A stretch of DNA of 64,000 bases, from contig CDMY01000429.1 in assembly GCA_001179505.1 (NCBI GenBank), positions 13,889-77,888 of the forward strand. Direction: 5' to 3'. This DNA comes from Vitrella brassicaformis CCMP3155 (taxonomy: Eukaryota; Protista; Chromerida). The notes under the pieces were generated by a model. That model made no database searches. It had not been told where the DNA came from and was given only the letters and a program-made list of their open reading frames with translations. A program made the translations under genes and the position numbers. Position 1 is the first letter of the stretch; every line of letters starts with the position of its first letter. Of the stretch, positions 28,420-41,351 are shown one piece after another.

Positions 28420-30027
28420 GTGTTTGATCTGTGGCTTGGACCGGCGCGGGTGCTGGGGAGGGGCCTCGGTCGCTGAGCTTGTCCAGCAGCTTATTGCAAT
28501 ATGCAGCACACCAGATGCACAGACAGACATAGTGCAGACGACATTGGCTATGCAACATAGCGTACACATTGGCCCTTTCATTGACATCGCCCTAATCCGA
28601 CCTCTTGTGCGCTCGGCCGGCTTTTGGCATTGAAGGCGAAACAGCTCTGATTGGCCACGCGAACAACGAGAGAGTCACATCCACCATTTATGCAGCACTG
28701 TGCGCCCAATGTCTTGCCTGGATGGCCTGTTTGACATTGACGGGGGCACTCTGGGGGATAGGGGGCGTCTGCACGACACAGAGACACGCGTGCTGACAGA
28801 TGTTGGTCCACACAGTTGTGCAGCCGCACACCTCTTTGTTATCGTATATCTTCTGCTTGATTTGTCCCTTGCTGAGGCCGGCGAAGGGCGGAGACGCTGC
28901 AGACACAAATGGCATACCGACGCACCTGTCTGACGTCCTGTCTGCCGTGGTCTCTGTGTCTCACTCACTCACCGCCGAATATCTCAGCAAAGATCAGCCC
29001 GACTGACCAGATGTCCGACTTGAGCTCCAACTTGGGCCCTGAGAGACGTCAAGAGTCTCATGAGGTGTCTGTGTGTGTCATGCTGTGGTCACTTTCTGTG
29101 AGGGCCTCTGGAGAGGCATACACTGGAGTTCCCGCTGGAACCACGGATCCAATGGGTCGCTCTGAAAGATACATGATTTGCGTCTTCTCACCGAACTCAA
29201 TGAAGCTCAGGTGCGACCTCTGGTCCGGCATAACCCAAGCTAGACCAAAGTCTGAGAGCTTCACATTTCCATCGTTGTCCAACTGCACATCAAGCAGCGG
29301 AGACACACGGATGCGTACACAGAGAATGTGACTGCTGTATGTCCCAGTCACCAGAACGTTGTCAGGCTTGAGGTCGCGATGGCCGATGCCGTGGCTATGA
29401 GCATGGATCAGGCCCTCACATATCTGGCAAACACAAAACACCGATATTCGCGTCGAAGTGGGAAGCGTATCGCCCGCCTCACCTGCTTGGCATATTTATA
29501 CTGCAGGTGCTCAGGGACTTCCCCCGCCCTCTGACGCAGTTTCTTGAGGCACTTGTCCAGTGAGTCCTCGTAATATTCTGCAGAAGGGACGGCATGCAAT
29601 GTTCTGTCTGTTGTTGTATCCTCACCCATGACGAGAAAGGGGATTTTCCTGCCGTAGCACACGCCCAGCAACTTCACCACGTGCGGGTGCTGCAGACGGG
29701 CCAATGCGTCCGCTTCCTGTAGAACTCTGTCTTTCAGACCCTGCACAGTTGCACGTCCGGCCCAGCCGATGTCATTGCCGCCGATTACACATTGCTACCT
29801 CTTTGCCCAGTACGTCTTCCAGTTCCCTTTTGGCCCTCTTGATGGCGACTCTCCGATCCCCCCACATGGCCCTGTACACCAATGCGAAACCGCCGCCTCC
29901 TGACAGGGCAGTCCACCCAAACGAGTGTCCGGTGTGTGAATGAGTCGGCTCCGTGTTTCTCACCAACGTAGTCTTCTTCTTCATCCCAGTGAAGATCATG
30001 GATGTTAATTACGCAAGGGCGCGCTTT
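28420..30027 (-). CDS. Ser/Thr (TKL-like) protein kinase domain, gene K1; 5' end unresolved (possible extra exons to about 30430)
   Basis: VGGGGFALVY, VAIK, LQHPHVVKLLG, GHRDLKPDNVL, KLSDFGLA, GTPVYASPE, SDIWSVG, RPSAQELL. Splice phases are consistent within the domain. Confidence 0.85.
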
Positions 30028-31647
30028 CTAATGAAATTTGGGGGGCGACGGGAGTGATAGGTAACTATAGGTGCATCAGGACCGCATGATGCCCGCTGTC
30101 ACATGAGACGCGTGCGGCCCCCAGTCTCCTTCAGGCTGTCGAGAAAATCGTGATTCGATCCAAAGGCGAGACCCGCCTCGCCAGATAAGCATCGGGCAAG
30201 GACCGCGTCTACACCACACTGTCAGCGCCATCGCCCTCGTCAATTTAAGCCCACTTTCAGCCCCGTCCGTGACCAGGAGCCAGATCTACGGGCACTTCTA
30301 TCCTGGGCTGGGTGGGAGCCAGCTCTCCCCACGGTGCTGCCCGCATGTGAACCGCATTGATGAGAGCTACCATTCGTCCATACAACCCACCGCCCCACTC
30401 GGCCTGTGACGCCCTCCATCGGACACTCTCCATCGGACACAGATGGTGAGTTCCCTCCACTCACGTCACAGGATGAGTGCCCCGGCGGGGCACCCGACGA
30501 GATGGGTGGTGGGTGTTTCTCTACAGGGTGGCCGGCTATATTGACCATGCATGGCTGATGTGAGACATCCATGGCCGGCCACCTCGTGGCCAGTCAGGCC
30601 AGGATCACGGCCGTCNNNNNNNNNNNNNNNNNNNNNNNNNNNNNNNNNNNNNNNNNNNNNNNNNNNNNNNNNNNNNNNNNNNNNNNNNNNNNNNNNNNNN
30701 NNNNNNNNNNNNNNNNNNNNNNNNNNNNNNNNNNNNNNNNNNNNNNNNNNNNNNNNNNNNNNNNNNNNNNNNNNNNNNNNNNNNNNNNNNNNNNNNNNNN
30801 NNNNNNNNNNNNNNNNNNNNNNNNNNNNNNNNNNNNNNNNNNNNNNNNNNNNNNNNNNNNNNNNNNNNNNNNNNNNNNNNNNNNNNNNNNNNNNNNNNNN
30901 NNNNNNNNNNNNNNNGCGAAACCGCCGCCTCCTGACAGGGCAGTCCACCCAAACGAGTGTCCGGTGTGTGAATGAGTCGGCTCCGTGTTTCTCACCAACG
31001 TAGTCTTCTTCTTCATCCCAGTGAAGATCATGGATGTTAATTACGCAAGGGCGCGCTTTCTAATGAAATTTGGGGGGCGACGGGAGTGATAGGTAACTAT
31101 AGGTGCATCAGGACCGCATGATGCCCGCTGTCACATGAGACGCGTGCGGCCCCCAGTCTCCTTCAGGCTGTCGAGAAAATCGTGATTCGATCCAAAGGCG
31201 AGACCCGCCTCGCCAGATAAGCATCGGGCAAGGACCGCGTCTACACCACACTGTCAGCGCCATCGCCCTCGTCAATTTAAGCCCACTTTCAGCCCCGTCC
31301 GTGACCAGGAGCCAGATCTACGGGCACTTCTATCCTGGGCTGGGTGGGAGCCAGCTCTCCCCACGGTGCTGCCCGCATGTGAACCGCATTGATGAGAGCT
31401 ACCATTCGTCCATACAACCCACCGCCCCACTCGGCCTGTGACGCCCTCCATCGGACACTCTCCATCGGACACAGATGGTGAGTTCCCTCCACTCACGTCA
31501 CAGGATGAGTGCCCCGGCGGGGCACCCGACGAGATGGGTGGTGGGTGTTTCTCTACAGGGTGGCCGGCTATATTGACCATGCATGGCTGATGTGAGACAT
31601 CCATGGCCGGCCACCTCGTGGCCAGTCAGGCCAGGATCACGGCCGTC
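29884..31647. repeat. 732-bp duplication (29884-30615 = 30916-31647) straddling a 300-N gap; probable unmerged contig overlap
   Basis: No differences seen on spot checks. The offset of 1032 equals 732 + 300 N, and both copies abut the gap. Confidence 0.85.
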
Positions 31648-32161
31648 TCCCAAGCGAAGCAACCGAGAGGGGTTGTCTGCAGTGATGCAGTGATTCACTG
31701 AATGAATGAATGAACGAATGAATGAATGAATTAATAAATGAATTGAATGACAATATTAATGATTCATCATTGATTGTTGACTGACAAGCAAGCACACAAT
31801 CGTGTGGCTCGAGAGAATGACAGAGCGATTCGTTCGTCCACGCCTTATCCAGCGGCCCGTCCCATTGCAGAATCACTATCATTACACTGATGTGTGAGAC
31901 CTCCAAAGAGGAGCAGAGCGATCACAGGAGTGCACGCTGAAGTCTGTTTTATCATGAGAAAAAGTCCGTTTCAGGTGATAACGAATTAGACACAGACACC
32001 AGCTAGACAGAAAGACACACCGCACACATCTCCCCCGCTGCCCTTTGGGCTCTCTGCACTGCAACACAAAAGTGGCAGCTGCTGTTTATCAGGCAAACGC
32101 AGCTGGACAGACACAAGGCCTTACACACTTCACACACACATCAGAGTCAGACCAGAAGAAC

Positions 32162-35100
32162 CTATCGCTTGTACGGCCGCATGATCTCTCTGATCTTCGG
32201 CTTGTCATATTTCACCGTATAGTCCCACGGCGTCTGCCCCTGTTGTGATGAGATGAGATGAGCACACCACTCGACCCATCGATGGTGTGAATGTCTGTGT
32301 GTACTCACGTCATTGTTTTTGATGTCCAGCAGAGCACCGCCGCCCCACTCGAGCCTTTGAGAATGACACACACAGGGAGAGAGAGAGAGAGTGTGTGGAT
32401 GAGATGTTCGCGTCAGTCAGTCATCTGTGTCCCTTACAGCTGAGACACAGCCGCAGATTTGCCACAGCCTGCAGCCCTATGGAGTGCCGTGTCTCCAAGC
32501 TGTGTGTGTCATGCACACAAAGGAAAGGCAATCAATCAGATGAGAGAAGACTGTGTGGTCTCACCTTGTTGGTCTGTGTGAGCAGTTTTTCCCCTCCTTC
32601 GGCATACATTGGCTCCAACACATCGACATGACCATTTCCAGCAGCCATTATGAATGGCGTGTTGCCACGCTGCAATCAACACACACGCACAGACACACAC
32701 TGAGGCGTCGGATACATGTGTGTGCTCTCTTACCTTGCCGCGTGCGTCGATCAGTTTGGGATCCCACGACAGCAGCTGATTGACCGCGGCAAGACGGCCA
32801 TACTCAGCAGCCCAATGCAGGGCATTCTCACCATACTGCATACCATCACAGCAACACACATCTCCTCCTCATCATGACCAGTAGCAGCACACAAGATGGT
32901 TTGTCTGTGTCGGTACCTCGTCTGTTTGCTTCAGTACGTCCGGTTTTCTCTCATGGATGACTTTCATGACGCCCACGTGACCCTCCTCTGCAGCCAACAG
33001 GAAGGGTGTCCTCTGCAGGAATGAGAGCACACAGACAGACCACTGAGGGCATTCCTTTCATTTTGACCACTGCGTACCGCCGCGTATCCGTATCGTTTGT
33101 CGAGTATGTCCTTGCCCTCCTTTGCGATGAGCAAACGAACCGACTCCTCATCGTTGTCCCTGACCGCTTTGAAGATGTCATTCTGACACACACCCAGCAC
33201 AAGAACAGCGGCCCATTGACAAATGGGGTTCAGCTGGTGTCTTCCTGACGTGTTTGATCTGCGGCTGTGGGGCGCTCGGCGGTGTCTTCACTACCCGAAG
33301 CTGGCTTAAGAGTCCTGCACGACACACACAGAGCCACAGCAATATATTTATTATTATTTCACGACACACAGAGCATGGATTGCTGTCGCTCTCTCTCTGT
33401 CTGTGTGTGTGTGTGTGTGTGTGTCCCCGCAGACCTCTGTGCTGTGAGGGCGGCTGAGAGGTCTTGGCCAGACTGCTTGTCGGCCCCGTTGTGGTGCTGA
33501 CAGTGCTCATGTGGACACCCGACGAATGGCCGACGGGAGACACACTTGTTCTTGGCGAGGCAGCCGCTGCAGACCACAACGAGAGACACAATGACGAACA
33601 CTTCTTATGTCCGACTCGAGAAGGTGTGAAGATGGACTTTGTCGCTTTGAGCTTCCAAACAGCCACCTCAGCGGGCCCTTGTGCGATGGCTCAGCAGCCA
33701 TGTTCTCCTTTGCCGTGTCCGTGTCCCTGTCTGGTTGGGGAGGGGAGGGAGTCGGAAGAGGCGAGATCTTCAACTTGTCGAGGACCTGCCATCAAGACGC
33801 ATCAAGTGTATGAGCCTTCCTTCCCTTTGTGTGGATGTGACTTGTCGGGCTGTGGGACGACTGGCCGCCTTAAAGGCAAAACAACTCTGATAGACGCAAA
33901 GAGGGGAAAGGAGGTAGTGAAGGAGAGAGAGAAAAGTAACACATATCGTCGGTTGGTCTGCCTTGATGGCGTCCTTGATGTGCGGCGGCAGAGATGCCGG
34001 GATGGCGGGGATCTGACATGAAAGGCGACACGTGGTAACAGCAGAGCCATAGCAGTCTGATGACATTGTACCTCTTTCATGTTGACGACTTTGTGGCTGA
34101 TCTGCGGGGGCCCTTTGCCCTCAAACGGCCGCCGACCTGCACCCAAAGTCGGTCGTGGCGCTTTGTTGTTGGGGTATGTTACAGAGGATCTGCTGCTGAC
34201 CTCCGTGAATCTCCCCCAGTACTGAAGACGCCAACACACACACAGATGGACAAGAGAGAGACGATGAAGAAATAGTTGTGGGATGGCTTACTGCCGCCCA
34301 AAGCCCATATGTCCGCCTTGACGGTCAGCTTGTCCACTGAAAGACACAACCACAAGGGCCCCCAGTAACATCGACTCGCTTTGCTTACAGTCTGTGTCGA
34401 AGCCCTCGGGCGGCATATAGTTTGCGGTCCCGCCGATAAAGGTAAGTGTTGTATTCCTCTGAGCGCCGCGAATCATCCCAAAGTCGGATATTTTCAGAGT
34501 AAGGCGTTCACCCAACTGACAGACAAACAAGTGGGAGAACGACAAGAGCTCTGCAACTCTATGAAAGAGAGGCTCTCTGTCGTGGCCGACCAGAATGTTC
34601 TCCGGTTTCAGATCTCTGTGGACGATGCCCTGATCATGCAAGTACTGCAGACCCTCACAGATCTGTGACCAACACACACACAGATGATGAAAGACACAAG
34701 AGACCTCTGTGATGCCATGTTCCTTTCGACCTGTTTGGCGAACCTGTCTCGCACGTCGGGCGGCAGCGGCCCGTGTTTGGCCAAATAGTCCGCCAGGGAG
34801 CCGCCCTCACACAACTCTGACGAGAATGAGAAGAGGAGACATCAGAGGGGACAAGGCCGATGGACGAGAGGAAGAATAGACTGACTACCTAGGACAATCA
34901 TGAGTCCGTGTTTGTCGTCTCGGCAGACGCCCAGCAGCTGCACTATGTTGGGGTGTCGGAGCTGAGCCATCGGGAATGCCTCCTTGAGCACTTCCATGAA
35001 CTGCGACTGCACACAAACAAACCGATCCAGCAACAAAGAGGGGGAGGCGTGTTCTTGAGGCTCTCGCTTGCTGGGCACCGCTTGGTCGAGCTCTTCATTT

Positions 35101-35300
35101 GCTTTGTAGATTTTGACGGCCACGGGCCGCCCTCGCAGCTCCCCTCGACGGACAACCCCGAACCCACCACTCCCTGAGGAACGGGATGACAGACAAACAC
35201 ACCCATCGGTGCAGCCAATTCGCCGGGTGGGAGAGTGGTGCTGACCGAGCTCCTTGTCGCTCACAGTGAGGTCCTTGGGGTCGATCACCAGATCGACCAT
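32162..35300 (-). CDS. Kinase-linker-ankyrin protein K2 (N-terminal TKL-like kinase, S/T/P linker, about 6 ankyrin repeats; RIPK4/ANKK1-type architecture)
   Basis: MVDLVIDPKDL..LGSGGFGVV, VAVK, LRHPNIVQLLG, VHRDLKPENIL, KISDFGM, GTANYMPPE, KADIWALG, RPTARQVL; then NDIFKAV.., RTPFLLAAEEGHV, ENALHWAAEYG, NTPFIMAAGNGHV, GQTPWDY..YKR*. One continuous frame can be assembled. Confidence 0.85.
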
Positions 35301-36466
35301 TTGAACAAGAGGAGAGGGGGGGAGGGAGATTGCGGGTTCTAAGCTCGCGCCCCCTCCCCCTTTCCGGCCGGAAGGGACCTTCGGAAGAGAAATTGGAGAT
35401 CTCCGCTGTCGATGATATGTTGCGACTTGATGAGTCTAGGGGGTAGATGAGTCTGTGGCCGAGCGGATCTTGCACCTGCAGCAGGACGAACAGTTTAACA
35501 CCAACAGCACCAGGCCAGCCAGGTTGGATGGATGGCTGTGTGGCGTAGACATTGGCGTAGACAAGGCAGCTTGAGTTCATCAATCGTTCCTTGACAGTGA
35601 GTGAGGCTTCAACCAACTTCAACCAACCAAGGCGGGCATCGTCAGTGGGAAGACCTCTGTCGACACCACACTTGCAAGGCCATTCATCATGAAAAAGAGC
35701 GGCTGAGGCACACAGGGCACTCCACCGCCATTACACTCATCGCTCCTTCCTCACTACACCTACACGCAAAAAATGGAATATACATACATAAGCAGATACA
35801 CGACGCAATGCATCCCTACTGACTTGACGCACGCTGAGGCATGGCGTATGCAGGTGTGTAGGTATGGACCTCCGCGCCACACACGGGCCAAGACACACAC
35901 ACGCACGCACACACACACACACACGTGCGAGGACGACACGGATGGGGCCGTTGAAAACTTCGCTCTCCGCTGGACGAAAGAGCGTTAGAACAAACACACA
36001 CACACACAGTGCACACACAGACACAATGGAGACACAGCCACACGTGCATTGCAACACGCGCAGGCATGAGTACGTACGCTTTTATGTATATATATTACCG
36101 TTGTAAAGGCACCCATCCATCGGCCGACCGAGATCGATACTTACATACCTACACCCATGTACTATGTATGGCCCGTTCGTCAGACCACACAAGCACAAGA
36201 AAACGCCACGCGACGACACTAGCAGGCAGGCAGGTAGGTCTGCACTCCCTCCGTCGCATCCGCCCTCCCTCCCTCCCGCCCTCCCACCCAGGCAGTAACA
36301 CTCAAGCGGCCTGACTGACGTACACCAACGGCCCGCTCGACTAATAGAAAAGGACGCCCGGCCCATCCTACATTCACCCATTGCCCATCGACTCAGCATC
36401 TTCCTTACTCTCCCTGTCTGTGTCTCCCCCTCCCTCCCTCCCTCCCTGGCCCGCTTGACGGACCGG

Positions 36467-36541
36467 TCAGAGCCGTGACTGTGGGCTGCCTCCCTTCCTC
36501 TCTGGGTGGAGGATGTACTGAATGTGGCGGTAGTAACCCTG

Positions 36542-36572
<31 letters not shown>

Positions 36573-39500
36573 CAGACAGACAAACACTCGAATGTGCGCG
36601 TGTGGGTGTGAGGGTGTCATCCATCCATCCATCCATTTTTCTCACCTCCGACACGTCGGTTTGGTTGAGGGGTTCGTATTTGGTCGACTCGTAGAGCGCC
36701 TCGTACACGCGGCCGTCGTAGCGCCCCAGGGCCGAGTTGAGCAGGTTGTCCGGGATGTTCCACGAGTCCGCTATGGCCACGGCGTTCGGGCGCACCTCCT
36801 GCAGACACACATCAATCAATTGGTTGATTGATTTTGATTGGACAAACTGAGAAGGGATCAGTGTGAGGGCGCGTCTGTCTGTCTGTCTGTCTGTGAGAAT
36901 GTGGTTGCTTGCCTTGAGGAGCTGCTTGATGGTCTGCAGGAGGGGCATGGCGTGGTCAGCCTTGAGCACACGGGCCAGCACAAACTCACCTACACACACA
37001 AACCGGTGCGTCCATCCATCCATCCACACGCGTGTGTGTACCGAAAGTCTGGTCGATCCAGTAGAGGGTGTATAGGTCGGAGAGCGTCTTGAGGACGTCG
37101 ATGACGTTGGTGTCGATGGGCGGTGTGTGGCTCTGCAGCTCCTGGATCTTGTCCTGGAAGCACCGGTGCAGCACCACGTGCGCGTGGGCCTTGGTCAGCC
37201 GACACATCTCGATCTTCACGTCGTCCAACGCCCTCATCTACACACACACACACACAGATCCATCCATCCATCCATCTCTGTCTGCCTTTGTGTGTGTGTG
37301 TGTGTCCGCTGCTAACGCTGTTGTGTCCCTTCTGCGTTGCGGCCATGAAGTCCTGAGCCGTGCCGTAGATCAGCACAGACGCACTGCATCACCCCACCCA
37401 CCCACACACAAACACACAAACACACAATGGATGGACGGACGCACCCACATGCTCACAATCCTGCCTACCGTTTCTCCAGGGCCTGTTTCTGCCACTGGGG
37501 ATCCCTCCAGTCGACGGCCCCGGCCTCGCTGCCCCCCTCTCCCTCTCCCTGTTGGCCCATGAATGCCACGGGGTCGAAGTCGAAGATGTACCTCATGGTG
37601 GACTCGGGCGGCGGGGGGCTCTTGCCCTTCATCTTGTGCTCCACCGCCTTGAGCAGCGAACGGCCCGTCTGGATCGACAGCACCACAAAGTCACCCTGGA
37701 TGGATGACACACAGACAGACAGACACCCGACACACAGACAGACAGACAGACAGACACCCGACACACAGACAGACAGACACACAGACAGACAGATGGACGG
37801 ATGCAGGCAGGCAGGCAGGCAGTGACTGGTGGGGGTTTCCTTGCTTGCCTCGTAGGTGGCTTGTGGGAGGAACGAGGCGAAGTGGAGGGGCACGCCGGCG
37901 GCGTTGAGGAACCCGTGGCCGCCCAGGGCCTTGCGGCACGCCTCCATTCCATCCGCTGATATCAACGTCGTCGCCGCCTTGAGCGCTGTCGAGGCACACA
38001 CACACGTAGAGGCAGAGACAGGGAGAGAGAGAGGGAGGGAGGGAGGGAGAGCAGAGTGTGGGTGGATGTGTGTGTTGTTGAGTGGTACCTGATGTGACGG
38101 CATGGCATTCGGGGAGGAGGGAGAAGTCGTTCTCCATGCGAGCCTTGGCCTGCACAGACAGACAGACAGATGGATGTGCCAAGGCCCCTCCCTCGTTGCT
38201 GGCCGTGACCTACCATCATTTTGTTGTAGAGTGCGTGTGTCCAGAGGCCCGTGAAGTGCATGGCGAACGCCGTCGCCATCAGAGGAAATATCGTCAGCTG
38301 CTGAGTCGAGTAATCCAACACCTGCACACACACACACACGCATCACATCACACTCGTGCGTGCCGCAAGGTGAGAGGTGTCTGCCGCCCCGCACCTGGCT
38401 CTCGGAGCCGCCCATGCGCGCGGCAGCGGCCTCTGCGGGGTCGGCCTGTGTGGCGCTGTCCATGTCCATCTCCATGGACGGGAACTGACGGCGAACCGCA
38501 GAATAACGAGTCTGCCCTCACACACACACACATCGAGGCAGACAGCCACAGACGGGGACACAACAGATGGTGTGCGTGGTGTGGGTGAGCAGAGGGCTTA
38601 CGGCGATGATGCAGGCCTTTGCGAGGTGCAGTCCTGCCCCCATGACGAGCTGCTTGCGGGTGTAGGTCATGGTGCCGTACATCATCTTGTCGTTGCCGAT
38701 CTTCTTGTGGTTGCCTTGCTTGTCCACCGACGAATACCTTACCACACCACACACACACACACACATTACACAATATGTATGGCTCTGTGTGTGAGTGTGT
38801 GAGCGTGTGTGTGAATGTGAGCAGGTCGTTCGTTGACCTGGCGAGCAGGTGTCGTCTGGGGATGCGGACGTTCTCGAGCTGCATGGCGCCGTTGTCCATG
38901 CCGTTGTACCCCAGCTTCTGACCAATGTCGAACAGAGTCACGCCTACACACACAGACACAGACACAGACAGAGAGAGAGACAGAGACAGGGGGAGGGGGG
39001 CAGTCGCACCGTACGACCGACTGCCCATGTGAATGTGTGTGTGTGTACCCTTGATGGCCTCGTGTGTGTTGAGGTCCCGCACTTGAAGGAAAAATGGATG
39101 CGGGCCGTAGTCCTTGCCCCTGCACACACCAGCAACCGCAGCAGCAACAGCCATGGCAGTGACACAGAGAGAGAGGCAGACATGCCTCTGTGCTGTCCTG
39201 TTCTGAGCTTTTATGTGTGGTGTGGGTGTGCACCTGATTTTGAGTCTGGCCATGCAGATGCAGTGGGTGCACGACTTGGCCAAGCCGCCTGGCCACCATT
39301 TGGTCGCCTGCACACACACACACACACACACATACACAGCGTGTGTCGTGTTGAGCACAGCACGGCCCATGGCTGGCGTGCTTGTGTCCCGACCGACCGC
39401 ACCGAGAGCGACGGCGTGTTGAGCACCCACTCCTCCGTGCCTTCGTCGTAATCCGCCGTCGTCTCAAGACCTGCACACATAAACACACACAAATGTACCC

Positions 39501-40391
39501 CCATAGAGAGAGAGAGAGAGAGCGTCCGCACGGCTGTCTGTGTGTCTGACCGACCGGCGACGTTGGATCCGTGTGCGAGTTCGGTTTGCGCGTATGTTCC
39601 GATGATGCGGAAGTCGCGGGCCAGCGGCACCCACCAATCGCACTGCTCGTCGTCGGCCAAGCTCTGATACACACACAGACATACATACACATACACATGG
39701 GGTCGTCTCGGTCTGTCTGTATGCCTCTGTGTGTGTGTGTGTGTGTGAGAAGCTATCTATAGCTAGACAGACAGACAGGTAGGTCTTTACCTGTAGGCAT
39801 GGCAGGAACATGGTGAGGTGGAGGAGGAGGAAGAAGTCCTCCCCCACGGCCAGCTGCATAATCGTCAGCTCCTCGTCGCTCATCTTGTACTGACGACACA
39901 ACCTACACACCAAGCAGTCACACACACACACACAGACACATAGACCTTCCCAGTGAGTGGCGATCCGACCACACGCACATACACACACCTGACGAACTCC
40001 TCGGCCCTCTCGCATGCCCTCAGGTATCGCTCGCTCCTGGGCATCCACCACAGGTCACTCAAACGAAACTTCGGATTGTGGCTGAACAGCTTGCGAATCC
40101 TGCAGTCACACATCAGACACACCACACGCATCAATCAGCAGGAGGAGGACACACCCACGCACACACACACACACACATGCATATAACTGAGGGCCTCCGT
40201 CTTTTGACCGTTCGTCCGCCTGGGTAGGACAGGGCCTACCTATTGATTTTTTCGAGGTCGTAGGTGCCGTAGATGGCGACGGTGAGGTCTGAGGTCCTGA
40301 AGGAGGCCCGCTGACGCTCGCGCTGCAGGTCGGGCACCACCGAATGACGGTCAACCAACGTGGTCGGCTCCATCACAGTACTGAGGCTCAT
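36467..40391 (-). CDS. ACOX1: Peroxisomal acyl-CoA oxidase (ACOX1 family) with C-terminal PTS1 SRL
   Basis: DLQRERQRASF, IGTYAQTELAHGSNVAGLETTA, ATKWWPGGL, DIGQKLGYNGMDNG, CRKALGGHGF, TYEGDFVVL, SALGRYDGRVYEALYE. The last exon GYYRHIQYILHPERKGGSPQSRL* ends in SRL. Confidence 0.95.
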
Positions 40392-40629
40392 GCAGGACGC
40401 CTGTGCTGAACTACACTACGCAAGGGGGGGAGCGATTCGGAAGGGGGGAGTGCGAGCTTTGAGGTGGAGAGATCTGCGCGCGTGATGGATCCTCATCGCG
40501 TCGCGTCTATCGCTTGAAGGCCGTCTGCTGTTGGGCAGAGATTGATCTCTCCCTTACCGCAGACAGACGAGTGCATCGACCAGCTCAGCAGTATCGGTAT
40601 CTGTGACCATCTCTCTGCTCTGTCCCTCG

Positions 40630-41317
40630 ATGTCTGTGGCGGCAGGGAGTGCGGCCGCTTCGTTCACGTCAGCGGCGCTGAGCAACAGCGTGTACATCCG
40701 GAACCTGTCTCCACTCGCCTCTGAGGAACACATCCGCACCACATTCGGCGACTGCGATGACATCGTCACCGTCACTTTCAAACTGTACGGATATGTGCGA
40801 CTGACTGCACACACAGATGGACACCAATGTGGTATGGATGTGGGTGTGTGGGTGTGTTCATTCAGGTTCCCCGGCAGCACGACTCAGCGGTACTGCCAGG
40901 TTGATTTCAAGACTGCGGGGGGCGTGACCAAGGCGAGCGCACTCAACAATGAGCCGCTGCTGGGGGTGCCCATGTCCATCACGGTCATCGAGCCCGTCAC
41001 GCTGCCTGTCGCTGTACCAGGCACGCACACACAAGACACACACACACACACACACGCCTTCTATGTGTTGTGTTGTGGTATGGTATGATGTGGCGTGTGT
41101 GTGTGCTGTTTGTTTGTTCAGGCATTGGTGCGCTGCCGAGTCTGCCGGCGAATGCCAACCCGCAGCAGGTGGCCGCCTACCACGCACAGGCACTCCTGGC
41201 ACAGAGGGTCGGCGGGCAGCCGCCACCACCACCAGGTCCACCCCCTCCAACGACAGCAGCAGGCAAGCAACCAACCAGCCCAGGCCACACAGAATGGCTC
41301 GTTTGTTTGGTGACCTC

Positions 41318-41351
<34 letters not shown>

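Noticed and set aside
29884-31647. Duplication as a true tandem repeat or LTR pair
   Set aside because: Apparently identical copies abutting a placeholder gap indicate an unmerged contig overlap.
31700-31770. AT-rich (GAAT)n stretch as a regulatory element
   Set aside because: Ordinary microsatellite with no further structure.
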